From Octopus vulgaris (lineage: Eukaryota), in the NCBI GenBank assembly GCA_951406725.2, contig OX597819.1, positions 32,612,001 to 32,676,000 on the forward strand: DNA of 64,000 bases, written 5' to 3'. The translations under genes and the position numbers were made by a program. Below, one piece after another: positions 50,812 to 64,000 of the stretch (position 1 is its first letter; every line of letters begins with the position of its first letter). The notes under the pieces were generated by a model that was given only the letters and a program-made list of their open reading frames with translations, made no database searches and was not told where the DNA came from.

Positions 50812-51900
50812 ATGTCTGTATACATTGCTAATCATAAAATTTCCAACAAAACATTGCTCCTTTTAGACAATGCATTAAGCAATAGAATGATATTAACCGA
50901 GCTTTCCAATAATGTGACAGTAGAGTATATCCCAAAGAATGCAATTTCTTTGCTCCAGCAAACGGATCAATGTGTAATAGCTAATTTGAAGGCATATTAC
51001 CTGAGAACTTTCACAGAATTTAGGAAGGATAAACCTATAGGGAAAGACATCTGAAAACATGTGAACATAACGAATGCTGTGGATAACATAACTGAGTCAT
51101 AGGATGAGAGGAAACTCTTGGCTTTGAATGGTCCTTCAAAAAGTGTTCGACCAGGTTGAATCTGTGACCGTACACGTTTTCCACACGTAGAAAATATACA
51201 CCAAACTTGGAAAGATGTTACACTTGAAAACAATGAGTATTTTGAAGAAGTCGTGGAAGATGATGTGTTTGAATCACTAGTGTTCCATAAAAAGTTAGAT
51301 GGCGCATGGCTCAGTAGTTAGAGCGTCGGGCTCACAATCTTGAGTTAGTGAGTTCGATTCCTGGACCGGGCTGTGTTGTGTTCTTGAGCAAGATACTTTT
51401 TCACATTGCTCCAGTTCACACAGCTGTAGAAATGAGTTGCGACGTCACTGATGCCAAGCTGTATTGGCCTTTGCCTTTCCTTCGGATAACGTCAGTGGCA
51501 TGGAGAGATGGCTGGTATGCATAGCCTATTGCTAGTCTTCTATAAACAATCTTATTCAGACTTGTGCCTTGGAGGGTAACTTTCTACGTGCAATCTTATA
51601 GTCATTCATGACCAAAAGGGATCTTTACTCTTTACCCTATAGAGAGTTGATCTAACGAGTACCTAATGCTGTTAAAGCAAGAACAAGCTGAGAATACAGA
51701 TGGGAATGCAAAAATTCCACCAAATCCACTGAAACTGACTATAAAGAGTATTTCTAAAGGGTTGGCAATTATAGAGAGAGGTCTATAAGTTTTTACTGGT
51801 GAAAGGAGCTTTTGGGGTAGTATTCTCTGACTGATAACCAGATACACACACCCGATGATGCTGTAAATTTCTATTGCAACAATACAGTAAAAGAAGTGAT
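50812..51900 (+). pseudogene. Tigger/pogo (DDE_1) transposase remnant, interrupted by a SINE
   Basis: KTLLLLDNALS...NVTVEYIPKNAISLLQQTDQCVIANLKAYYLRTF matches LLLLDNAP..H...V.FLP.NTTS.LQP.DQGVI..FKA.Y. The right boundary is approximate. Confidence 0.8.
51301..51628 (+). mobile_element. tRNA-derived SINE (a further family)
   Basis: GGCGCATGGCTCAGTAGTTAGAGCG A box, GAGTTCGATTCC B box, TTGAGCAAGA core. Confidence 0.8.
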
Positions 51901-52435
51901 TTCTATTTATCTAAAGAAAGTAATAAATACTCACAGCACCATAGACAGCCAGCTTAGTTTCTCTTGAATGAACAATCGGTATATTTTGTTCTCACTTTAT
52001 AGTTATGCTTTTGCAATCCAGTTCCAGATACAGGAAATCAAAACAAACTTCCTAATGCACAAAAGGTATATGGAAGCAAGCAAAACACTTAGAAGTATTA
52101 ATCAGTGCTGACATCCTGGAGTTAACTACGAACATATCATTTACATCATAAGCAGCTGTCTGCCGAAAATGTCCTTTCGATACTATCTCTTTGGCGGGTT
52201 ATTGTAGATAAAACTCTAAACAATACAACTCGTCGAATGGTTAATCACTAAGATCAAAATTTACGAAATTATACTCACTCATAATACTAAACAAAACCGG
52301 TAAACTATTCTTTGACAAAACCTTGATGCGATATACACATAACAGATCAAGTTCAGTAATCTAAGACGGTTAAAAGAATGTGTACACAGTAGTAGAGACC
52401 AGTTGACCAGTAGATGCTGACATTATAATCTTTAC

Positions 52436-52631
52436 TCTCTTTTACTCCTTTACTTGTTTCAGTCATTTGACTGCAGCCATGCTGGAGCACCGCCTTTAGT
52501 CGAGCAAATCGACCCCATGACTTATTCTTTGTAAGCCTAGTACTTATTGTATCGGTCTCTTTTGCCGAACCGCTATGTTACGAGGACGTAAACACACCAG
52601 CATCGGTTGTCAAGCGATGTTGGAGGGACAA

Positions 52632-52716
<85 letters not shown>

Positions 52717-52876
52717 ACGGGCTTCTTTCATTTCCGTCAACCAAATCCACTCACAAGGCTTTGGTCGGCCCGAGGCTATAGTAGAAGACACTGGCCCAAG
52801 GTGCCACGCATTGGGAATGAACCCGGAACCATGTGGTTGGTAAGCAAGCTACTTACCACACAGCCACTCCTACGCC
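52436..52876 (-). mobile_element. SINE family B, full
   Basis: Complete tail-microsatellite-head structure ending CACACAGCCACTCCTACGCC. Confidence 0.9.
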
Positions 52877-53766
52877 TATATAGAAGATAGAAGTAAAAGA
52901 AAAACATCCATGGCGAATTAATGAGAAATCTCTAGGTTCAAGATCATAACAATTGCATTCGATTTATAATTGTGGCAATTTGAAAGAATGTTTATGTAAT
53001 GAACGCCTCAACAACAACCATGGGACGCTGCGCTTCTGAAAATCAGAAAGGTTACAGCTGATTAAAAATTACATCTACAAGACATTAGTGTAACTGCAAA
53101 AATATGTAAACTATTCAAGAGATTTAGACTGTAGTATGTAGATATGGACATGTATAATGTATACAAACATAATTCGAACTATAAATCCACGCCTGCAGCG
53201 ACAGCTATGCACATATATATATAGTGGAGTGCGCGGATATATATTGACTAAAGGCTGGCTTTTTCTTTACCGGAAAGAAATTAGATAAATATAAGCAGAG
53301 CACTTATCTTCCTTCCATCCATCCATCCATTCTGCATGCATGCATACGTTCATACATACATGCATGCATACATAAATACATGCATACATATATTCATATA
53401 TACATTCATACACATATACATGCATATGTTTTTTTTTTCAATGATACATATTTACACTTGTATGATCCAAGGTCATTGCTATGAGTTTCTACCTCTTCAA
53501 ATGTTCTATATACCTAAACACATATACGCATTAGTTTATTTTTCCACTCGAGTGAATATTAAATTCAGAGCGTGTTTTTGACATTCGCATGACATTTAGA
53601 CTGGCGATACCAATAGTACAGTTCTTTCAGTGGCAACATTCAGTAAAATATTGGTTGATGGTGGAATGAATACGACTGAGAGACATATTGTATATGAACT
53701 TAAAAGTACATTTTAAAAGTAAGCATTTAATCAGTTAAAATGTACTGAAGTACATTTCAAAGGCAA

Positions 53767-53999
53767 ACCTATTTCTTTACCACCCACAAGGGGCTAAACA
53801 CAGAGAGAACAAACAAGGAGAGACAAACGAATTAAGTCGATTATATCGACCCCAGTGCGTAAATGGTACTTATTTATCGACCCCGAAAGGATGAAAAGCA
53901 AAGTCGACCTCGGCGGAATTTGAACCCAGAACGTAACGGCAGACGAAATACCACGTAGCATTTCGCCCGGCGTGCTAACGTTTCTGCCAGCTCGCCGCC
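53767..53999 (-). mobile_element. SINE family A, full length
   Basis: Reverse complement of the 42595 head copy, ending TTTCTGCCAGCTCGCCGCC. Confidence 0.92.
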
Positions 54000-55161
54000 T
54001 TTCAAAGACAAGCCGTTAGTGCTAACGTAGAGACTTTTCTAATGGTTACTAGTTTTTTTTGGGACAAAACTAGAAACACTGAGTGGTGAGAGGTACTAGT
54101 AGATCGATACTACTTCACGACACTTCAAAAGATGTTCCCGAAAATATGCGTTGAGAAACTCTGTTGTTCTTAAAACGCATGTTAACAAAGATGGCTGTTT
54201 GCAATCAAAGTGATGTGGGTAACATCTTTTGGTTTGATCTTGTTTTCTTTCTTTTTCTAATTAAGCAAATTGTATTTTTTTGCAGATTTACTTTGTAGTT
54301 ATATTCTGCATGTGTTGGTGTCCAGTTGGTCTTCTCTGCAGTTAAATACTAGCATTGAAAAGAAGAATAATCCATCCGCTGGGCAATACACTTACCTCAA
54401 CATTAAAATGGTTGAATTTAGGTTCAAACTCATGGTTTCATCCAAAACTTGTGAATGAAATAGAATAAACGCAACCTGTGCAGAAGCTCGTTGACTGGGA
54501 AACAATTGCCAGTTTTAACTACCTCTTGGACTTTGAGTGCTTTCTATGTTCCGACTAGGTTTCTCAACTTGAGACACTTAATTAATGCTTCTTGGAAAGC
54601 CATGAACGTTACAACTTCATGATAAAATCTTCTAAAACTTATGTCTCATATAATATTAATATTTAAAAATATATAGAACCCGAGTTAAATGGTGAGGATT
54701 TGTGTCAAAAACAATTTTTATTCCAAATTTAATTTACTTTCTCTTATACGACTTAGAGAACGAAGAGTAACCTCGATGATCACGTGGCCGGAAATTACTC
54801 TTTCATAAGGGACCAAACCAAAATTCTTAAAATAGGGTACTCCGTTACACCCATCAACATGCGGATTGTGGTTTTAAAACATGTGATAGATCAAATTTGC
54901 TACACAATTGTACAATAGGATGGTGCTCGAAATGACTTCGGTTCAATGCGAATCTCTTAACCACTTAGCCATGTGCCCTCCCAATCGGTAAATAAGATCA
55001 TTTCATGTGTGGTGATGACAGGTCATTGATGATGTTTGATGCAGCGTCTTTCTTCGCAGAAATGAGTAGACTACTAAATAAATTTAAAAGTTGTTATGTA
55101 ACACAACTCCTGCACAAGTTTTATGCATTTGTACGACGCGTACATATACCCGTAGACATAT

Positions 55162-55382
55162 CCCTTTAGTGTTCACATTATTCTGCCACAATTAATGCTT
55201 CTTCATCCACATTGTTTTGACTTAATCATGCATTATCTTGTAGCTATGAGATTTTGATGAGGTAGATGTTAATTTTTAAAATGATATTGTAGGGTTGGTG
55301 TGAGAGACTAGATCTGGCCAGTTTGAACATAAAACAGGCAGAATACTTTTGGCCGGATATGGCCGGTTTAAATGCTAAAGGG
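55162..55382. mobile_element. piggyBac-like MITE flanked by ATAT
   Basis: ATAT|CCCTTTAG ... CTAAAGGG|ATAT; 221 bp. Confidence 0.65.
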
Positions 55383-55792
55383 ATATGCAGATAGGTTCCT
55401 TTCTTAAGCTGACATAAACCTACAATCTCTTTCAGGAACTTGTTGATTGTTTCTTTGCTAGTTGATTGGTCGTTCGGCTGGTTGTCGCTTGGTTGCACTT
55501 AGTTCTTTGGGTAACTGGTTAGACGTTTCTCAAAATAATTCCATTAGTCATTTGTTAGAGCTCCTTGTTACAATAGTAAATATAGAGGTAGGTCAATTGG
55601 TTGATCGGTCAGTCCGTCGACTAATTTAGCAGGTCAATATAGTCGAACTTGGCAACCAACCTGATATAGCAATCATATATAAACTGCATTGGAACGTTAT
55701 TGTCATTGATTATCTCAACAGTGGTATGTTCGAAAACTGTTCTCTTACTCAATGAATATTTAATTTCAATGGTGCAGACATTTTTCTCTGTC

Positions 55793-56040
55793 TATGTATG
55801 TATGTATGTATGTATGTATGTATGTATGTATGTATGTATGTATGTATGTATGTATGTATGTATGTATGCATGCATGTATGTATGTATGTATGCATGTATG
55901 TATGCATACATGTATGTATGTATGCATGTATGTATGTATGTATGTATGAATGCATGTATGTATGCATGCATGTATGCATGCATGTATGTATGTATGTACG
56001 AATGTATGTACGTATGCATGCATGTATGTATGTATGTATG

Positions 56041-56074
<34 letters not shown>

Positions 56075-56312
56075 TGTATGTATGTATGCATGCATGCATG
56101 TATGTATTATGTATGTATGAGTGTGTGTGAACGTATGGATATATCACTGCATATGTACATGTGCATATATTTACACATATAGATAACTGTGTACACACAT
56201 ATATGTATACATATATATATATATATATATGTATGTGTAAATGTACACATTTATATATTTAATACATACATACATACGTACATTTATGTATGTATGTGTC
56301 TGTATTTACGTG

Positions 56313-56347
<35 letters not shown>

Positions 56348-56350
56348 GTA
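55793..56350. repeat. (TATG)n/(TA)n microsatellite field
   Basis: Direct reading. Confidence 0.95.
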
Positions 56351-57616
56351 TATATGTGTATATGTGTGTTACTATGTGTGGTGAGCTGTGGATTTTCTAT
56401 ACCCTAGAGATCTAAGCTTATAGTTTAGAAAAGCTGTTACTGATCTTTGTCGCGGTCTGCAACATTTCTAGTCAAACGAAACGTCTATTTTGTTGAATTT
56501 ACCATTGATTTTTATCACAATCTTATTGGTGTATGCACATATTAGTGAATGAGTGTGTGATAGTGGGATGGAGGGAGTTAAGGAGAAAGTGTCCGTTTGT
56601 GTGAGTTTGAGTGTATATGGGTGTCACATTGTGCATACGACTATGTATGTGTATTTGTGTGCTAGGATACGTGCGTTTTTTTTTTTTTTTTTTACTTTTC
56701 ACAGTTATGGAGGAAAACTTGGAAAATGTTTTTATTTAGTGTGTTGGAAATGTTGGTTGTTTGTAAGATTTCCTCGTCAATCCCTATTTCCATTGATTTA
56801 ATTTTTTATTACCAAGATGGTTGGCCATCAAACTGATAAAAGATGTCTGCCAGTAAAGAGCCGGAGATTGAGTTAGTTATGCTAAATTCGGTCTTTAATA
56901 GAGATCAATATCGTAGCTTTGTTGGTAATGTGTTTATCTGACTTGAATAACAAAATACACCGAAGAAGACACTGCAAACATACGAACACATGTCATAAAA
57001 CCAAAATATACACACGTTCACATACGTATAAAATTATGCTCACATATTCTTCCACTTACGCTCACTCGTACGCTATCACACTCGCGTACACAAATACAAA
57101 TATATGAGCAGAAAGGCACAAATAATTTTGTCTATACACAAATCAAATTCATACATACACAATCACACATATATGGACACACATAGCCTGAGAAACTCAA
57201 ATAACTTTAATACATACACGGAATTGCCAATCACACGCAAACACGTCTCGTAAACGAAATTTCCAAGAAGCTTCTTCTATGTTGTTTAACGATACGAGTA
57301 CTTCAACTATTGTCGTCTATGTTGATTTAGCAATTTCATAGTTCCTTGGTAACGACATTCAATGTCCTAGTCCCCATTATATAGCATAATTGGAATAACC
57401 ATTTGGTTAAGTATTAACTAAAGTTTAAAGAATAAAAATAACAATGGAATGTTTCTCTACAAGTATGGCTGTGCCACTGAAGAGATTTAACAGCTATGAG
57501 GTCCGAGTTCGATTCTCCAGAGTGATACAATGACTAACCACAACATTCACGTCACAGCTTCAGAATGACCAGAACCTAAAGAGGATTTTGTTGGATTCGT
57601 TTATAAATATAAATAC

Positions 57617-58395
<779 letters not shown>

Positions 58396-59023
58396 CAGAA
58401 TAAATGAATGTATAATTTTCAGCATGTAGTGACCGTCTAGTTGAGGCACGTTTGTTATTTTTTTCTTTCCATTTATTTTTCTCCCCTCGTCTATTCTTTC
58501 TGTAGAAGAGCTCACGCTCGAAGCGTAAAAGACTTCTAATTTTTTACGTTCATGTTTTTGTTTTTCCAAGATTCCTGATGTTCAATTGTTTGTTGAAACA
58601 GATATTGTTATATTTCGGGACGGTCATTTTGTTTTTCTTTTCGTTTCTCTTTTTTATCATTTTTTTCAAATAAACACACACACACATACTATATATCGGT
58701 TTTTCACTTCAGATTTATATATTGTTTGGATGGAAATTCGCTGAAGAGGTCACAGGATGTGTGACGAAAGATTTTCAAACAGAAAAACAGTAATATAAGA
58801 ACAGTGATGAATCTAAAGTGAGGAACGAAGATATAGTGCATGTGCTTCTTTGATAAAATAAGAGAAAAATGACCACCCTGGCTGAACTATAACAACTCCT
58901 AATTTATCTTGAGCATGAACTTAATATACCCTGTTTGTTTGCTATTTTACTTCGTTTCCATGTGTTAAAAACTTCTTCTACCATATGTATGTATGTATAA
59001 GAGACCAAAGTGTACGCACACCG

Positions 59024-59055
<32 letters not shown>

Positions 59056-59059
<4 letters not shown>

Positions 59060-59262
59060 CAAAATGGGACAAGAACACAAAACATCCAGATAGACGATAC
59101 AAAGAAAATAAGAACGGGTCGTTCGAAGTTTTCTTTCCTCAGTCAAGCACCAGATTATACTCGCAATTTCGGATTTCGGCTGATTATTCTTGAGATTGCT
59201 CCAATCTGGTCAGCCCCAAGGAAAAACTAAGCTAAGAGCATTAGGTTCCTATGAAGAAAGCA
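59056..59262. repeat. Second copy of the 233-479 dispersed repeat
   Basis: See feature 233-479. Confidence 0.8.
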
Positions 59263-60329
59263 GAGAATGTATACAAAAACATGGACGGATAAAACGGACC
59301 ATGTTACACAAATATAAATACAAAATATGCATATATGTATGTATATATGTATGTATGTATGTATGTATGTCTTATGTATGTCTAAGCGCACGACACACAT
59401 ACACATATATATGCATATGCTTGTGTGTGTATGTATGTATGTATGCATGTATGTATGCATGCATGCATGAATGTGTACATGTATGTATGTACAAAAAGAA
59501 CTTAGCACCTTCATATACACTTGATTGTGAAAAGACCTTCGTTATGGAAACTGTATAAGGAAATTCTTACAGACAATATATGTGAAAACAAACCGCTAAC
59601 TTATGAATAATGTCACCGGAACGTTGAACTCACAGGTTTTTTTTTGTTCTGGCCACTTGATCCATTGTACATTGCTACACTCAGAAACAGCTGTTCTTAT
59701 ATTTAAACAGGAAATAGTGGATTCACTGATGAGTGCAAGGTTTGGTCAGGCAAAAATTAATTAATTAGCGGCGCATGAAGCAACGTTGATTGAACTACAG
59801 GTAAGTACCATTATATTTAACACGTTCGTGTACACTCAGATGTAGAATCTCGAGACAAATTTCAGTGGACCTCTAAATGGAACTAAATCTCATTTCATTC
59901 TTTAAAAAGGTTAGGGAAAAATCATTCAATCGGTTATATGAAGACGATGGAAAATAGCTGGGATTTAGCGCCAAACATCAACGTTAGCTTGCAACGAAAT
60001 AACATGACCAGTGACCGATGCGATAACAACAATAATACAAGAATGAACATACGGCTAATACACAATCAAGTAGTAACTGATAACGAACAGACGGCAGTAA
60101 TGTAATGAGTGGCAAATATAAACAACTGAATGTTCGCTTAAGAGCAGTATTGAAGCAAAACCTGAGCATCTGCATTAATAAGCAATTATATGAAAGAATA
60201 ATATAGGAGACAACACGAATCAAAAGAAGACTTACAGATCTGATGTTATCTGTGATTAACCAATTAGCTAAGAAGCAAGAAGCAGGCATTGAGAATTCCG
60301 GCTTATGAACTTTGCAGGTTTTATTTGAG

Positions 60330-60632
60330 GAGGCACATGACCTAGTGGCTAGAGCAGCGAAATCCCGGTCGAGGGATCGTGGGTTCGAATCTCAGACCGG
60401 ATGATGTGTGTGTTTATGAGCGAAACAACCTAAGCTCCACGCGGCTCCGGCAGAAGGTAATGGCGAAACTTCTGCTGACTCTTTCGCCACAACTTTCTCT
60501 CACTCTTTCCTCCTGCATCTTGCAGCTCACCTGCGATCGACTGGGGTCCCGTCCAGGTGGGGAACCTATACGCCAAGAAACGGGGAAACCGGCCCTTATG
60601 AGCCAGGCAAGGCTCGAGAAGGAACAAACAAC
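60330..60632 (+). mobile_element. SINE with a family C-like head and a third type of tail
   Basis: GGCACATGACCTAGTGGCTAGAGCAGCG...GGTTCGAATCTC; shared CCTAAGCTCCACGCGGCTCCGGCAG core; distinct tail TGGGGTCCCGTCCAGG. Confidence 0.8.
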
Positions 60633-60639
60633 ATGATTT

Positions 60640-61170
60640 ATTTATTGAGCGGCAGTTGCCATTTACCAACAAGTGGAAGTAAGAGAAATCAATCATAAGT
60701 AGAACTTATTTTATTGATAAACCTAAAACTGTGACCGGAAAATATGATGTAACGGTACTCTGGGACATGCCAATCAACACCAATAAAAAAAATCAAGGCA
60801 AACAAGCCAGACATAATCATCAAAGATAGGAAGAATAAGAAATGCTTAATGATAGATGTGATAGTACCATCAGAGAGAAATGTGTCCATCAAAGAAGTTG
60901 AGAAATTATTTAAATACAAAGACCAAGATGAGGTGGGTGAAAATCAGCACAGTTCCAGTGGTGAATGGAGTGTTAGTGTTAATTAAAAAGGGCCTTGATA
61001 AGCAGGTCAACAAACTCCCTTACAGTGTTAACGTGGGAGAACTTCAGAAAATAGTGTTGCCACGTTCCGCACACATTTTACGCCGTGTGTTCTCCATAAG
61101 TTGAGGACCTGCTGTGACCCTAGAGTCAAGGGATGATCCCGGTTTAGCAGAAGACAACAGACCATATTTT
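60640..61170 (+). pseudogene. R4/Dong-like LINE 3' end (restriction-like endonuclease) followed by (TAA)n
   Basis: VLWDMPINT...ANKPDIIIKDRKNKKCLMIDVIVPSERNVSIKEVEKLFKYKD and LQKIVLPRSAHILRRVFSI* are typical of the R4/Dong RLE tail. Confidence 0.8.
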
Positions 61171-61172
61171 AT

Positions 61173-61390
<218 letters not shown>

Positions 61391-61989
61391 TGCCCTGATG
61401 CAGTACCAGGCAGTGGCTCTCATGGCTTCTGATCTTAACTGTTTGGAAGTGTTATCATGTACATTGTTTGTCTTGGTATAAAAGATGGGCTACAGCAAAT
61501 ATTCTTCTCAATACCACAGATTTGCTTGTCAGTGAACATAACCAGTTGAACACGTCCCCTTGACCATGATCAGAAGTAGTAGGGCGGGGTGGGGGCATCA
61601 TAACTGTGTGTCAAGAGGATTTCTCTGGGTTTTGAATAATTCACTTGTAGAAACGTTGGTGCTTCATTCAACACCCTTAAACAACTCTTTTTCAGGGACC
61701 TTTTGAGCAGGATGTGCTACTCGATCTGAAGAAATTTCTAAACGGGCCCCAGCTGCAAAAAATCGTGCGTTGTTATCGTGATATGAGATCACCATGTCAT
61801 GCACATATGGTTGTGATGCATGTGCCTGGTGTACCCTTATCAGACGGGTAATCATGATGGGTATATTAGGCTTTGTATATTTTACCCCAGTGTCATTTTG
61901 ATGACATGCGCTGCTCTCTCACTCAATAATAATAACGATGGAATTTGAAGTTAAATAGCATTGTATACATATCATAAAAAATGTCAAAA

Positions 61990-62850
61990 TATTGTCATCA
62001 TATAGTGTAGAACTACCCAACGGCGAGAGAATCAAAGATGTTCAGGTAGATGTATCTGGTGTTTTAGAGTATGACACAAATTATGGAGATTGAGATGAAG
62101 GAAAGGTATGGCGAGATTAACTCAGGAGATTCAAATTAATTATGACGAGCAGACTCAATGGAAAGAACATAATCAGAGCAGTGAATACATGCTGCTGCAT
62201 CCTTAGTGCAGTATTGTTAGATACAAAAACATCGAGCTGGAGGAAATGATACAGAAAATCCAGGAAAGAGATGACAGTGAACGGGAATGGATTGTGTGTA
62301 GCAAGAAACAAGAGAGGAAGAGGTTTCATGGGCTGCAAGATCTGTGTTGCCAATGAGGAAAACAGTCTGGGATGGTACGTCAAAAAGCAGACTGAACTTT
62401 TGGTTGTTGCTGTTAGAAATAGCAAGAAGATACCAAGTGAAAATGTGACACCCAAACGTATTTAATAAAGAACATGGAGAACAAAGATTGAACAACTGGA
62501 ATATAAAAGCGAGGCATAGGCAATACCTCGGAGAAATAGAAGGTAAAGTTAACATCAACACTTGGCTGTGGGTACGGAAAGGTGATCTAAAAGGATGCAC
62601 TGAGGCATCGACATGCTCTGCTCAGGAACAGGCACCAGGACAAATTAACTCCAATTTCCAAATAGCTGAGATCAATGAATTGCACTTGTGCAGGATGTGT
62701 GGAAGCAAAAGGAAACAGACAACTGTTGCGATACCTATGTACGCTTATGTGCTTCGAGCTCTGGACTGCGGAGTCACATTCGCAGAGAACACAGATTTTG
62801 TCATCGTCGGATACCGATGGATCACCACCAACAACAACATTTAGGTAGGA
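61990..62850 (+). pseudogene. R4/Dong-like LINE remnant (end of RT to CCHC region)
   Basis: RLNGKNIIRAVNT, VARNKRGRG, TWLWVRKGDLKGCTEA...AQEQA, CRMCG; frameshifted. Confidence 0.75.
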
Positions 62851-64000
62851 TAAAATCCGAGCAGTATCCTTTTGAAGTACATCTGCTCAGACCAATATTA
62901 TAATATGTGCGGGAGTTTATATTGGGAGGGTGGGGGTGGAATATAGACTATAAGCCCCCACATATATTGTACCACGACTCACACTGCATGCATGCATAGA
63001 TGCCCCAATAATTTAACCAAAACATAACAGAAAGAAAACGCTAACAAACCAACATTTGTATATGTGTTCCTCCCTTCAAAAACTATGCATATAGTACTAC
63101 TACATTCATTCCATTTCCACAAGAACACCAGCCTTAAAGATACATTTCTCATAAACTCTTTTCCAGAAAACTCTCAACGACTTGCAACAAAACGACCCAC
63201 CCGAGATGATGTTTTTGGACCAACAGACATAACTCTTAACTTAACCCCAGCTCGATTCTTTTCATCATCCTTTTCCCAGCAACCACAAACCGGATGTGTC
63301 TATTCATCTCCAACAACAGAGAGTGGTCATCATATTTCATTCCATAACGGCTACCTCTGGAGAGCGAAAGCTTACGTAATCGGACTGTTTGTTACCTAAC
63401 ACTCCGGCTGAACCCCTAGTGCAAAGTTTATTGGTAAGATCGGACGTAATGGCAATATAATACTCTTCACTTCGATTAATACACCCACTCTACTGGTAGA
63501 TATACGAAAGCATGTTGTTCCTGACTTATTGGACTCTTAGATGGCTTATACACACACACACACATGTATGTATGTGTGTGTGTGTGTGAGTGTGCGTGTG
63601 TGTATGTACGTGTGTGTGTATTGTGTATATGTGTGTGTTGTCTTGATGTTTGTCTGACCGTTTATATCAATGAGGAAACTAATGAATGTGCCACTCAGCA
63701 TATTTTGTTGGAGTTATATGTATTTAATTAATTTGACTCAGCTCCACATTACTTAAAGTTTCGTGAAGTATAATTTGCTCACATCATCAGATATTCGGAG
63801 TGAGAAAGAAGAGAATTTAAAAGAAATTTCAAATTATTTCCTGCTGAGTTTATTTAAGCCTGCATTGGTCAGTTCAGGTGACGAGGTGGACTTAGCTCTC
63901 TTAGCGACATCATTTCTTTCATTGGAATCCCGTATAGTAAAGCAGACTGTATGCTGACGTCAGTTGGTCCGCATTATGCTGGGTATAAATATCTTAATGA

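Noticed and set aside
58741-58780. CTGAAGA-G-GTCACA GGATG TGTGAC-GAAAGATTTTC
   Set aside because: Core and stem II are HHR-like, but stems III and I do not pair; a degraded relic at most.
63030-63530. Possible LINE remnant on the minus strand
   Set aside because: No motif strong enough to assign.

Overview
A repeat-saturated, AT-rich eukaryotic window with no host protein-coding gene that I can support. The SINE families and the very dense (TA)n/(CA)n/(TATC)n microsatellites resemble what I recall of Octopus (cephalopod) genomes; this is an inference, not a database result. Most ORFs in the supplied track are microsatellite artefacts. Real coding signal comes from transposable elements: a 5'-truncated but stop-free Penelope-like element (PLE; RT plus GIY-YIG, 25755-26921, minus strand), two decayed Tc1 transposases, a Tigger/pogo remnant, and CR1-like, CRE-like and R4/Dong-like LINE remnants. 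There are also many tRNA-derived SINEs, hAT, mariner and piggyBac-like MITEs, and a non-autonomous Helitron. The main unexplained structure is a set of hammerhead ribozyme (HHR) motifs found by eye. (1) A 479-bp head-to-tail array (34863-37244) carries a type I HHR in each unit and folds back at a ribozyme; this is a retrozyme-like candidate circular-RNA element. (2) A 161-bp inverted repeat (13159-13521) carries a complete HHR on each strand. (3) A U3-A8 compensatory-variant HHR occurs at the PLE 3' end and in a solo copy. (4) An HHR with a 60-nt stem II lies at 23823-23901. All of these sit in or beside (AT)n tracts. The PLE 3' region also holds six CRE-N12-CCAAT composite motifs with fixed spacing. 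All folding was done by hand and ribozyme activity is untested. SINE and remnant boundaries are approximate.
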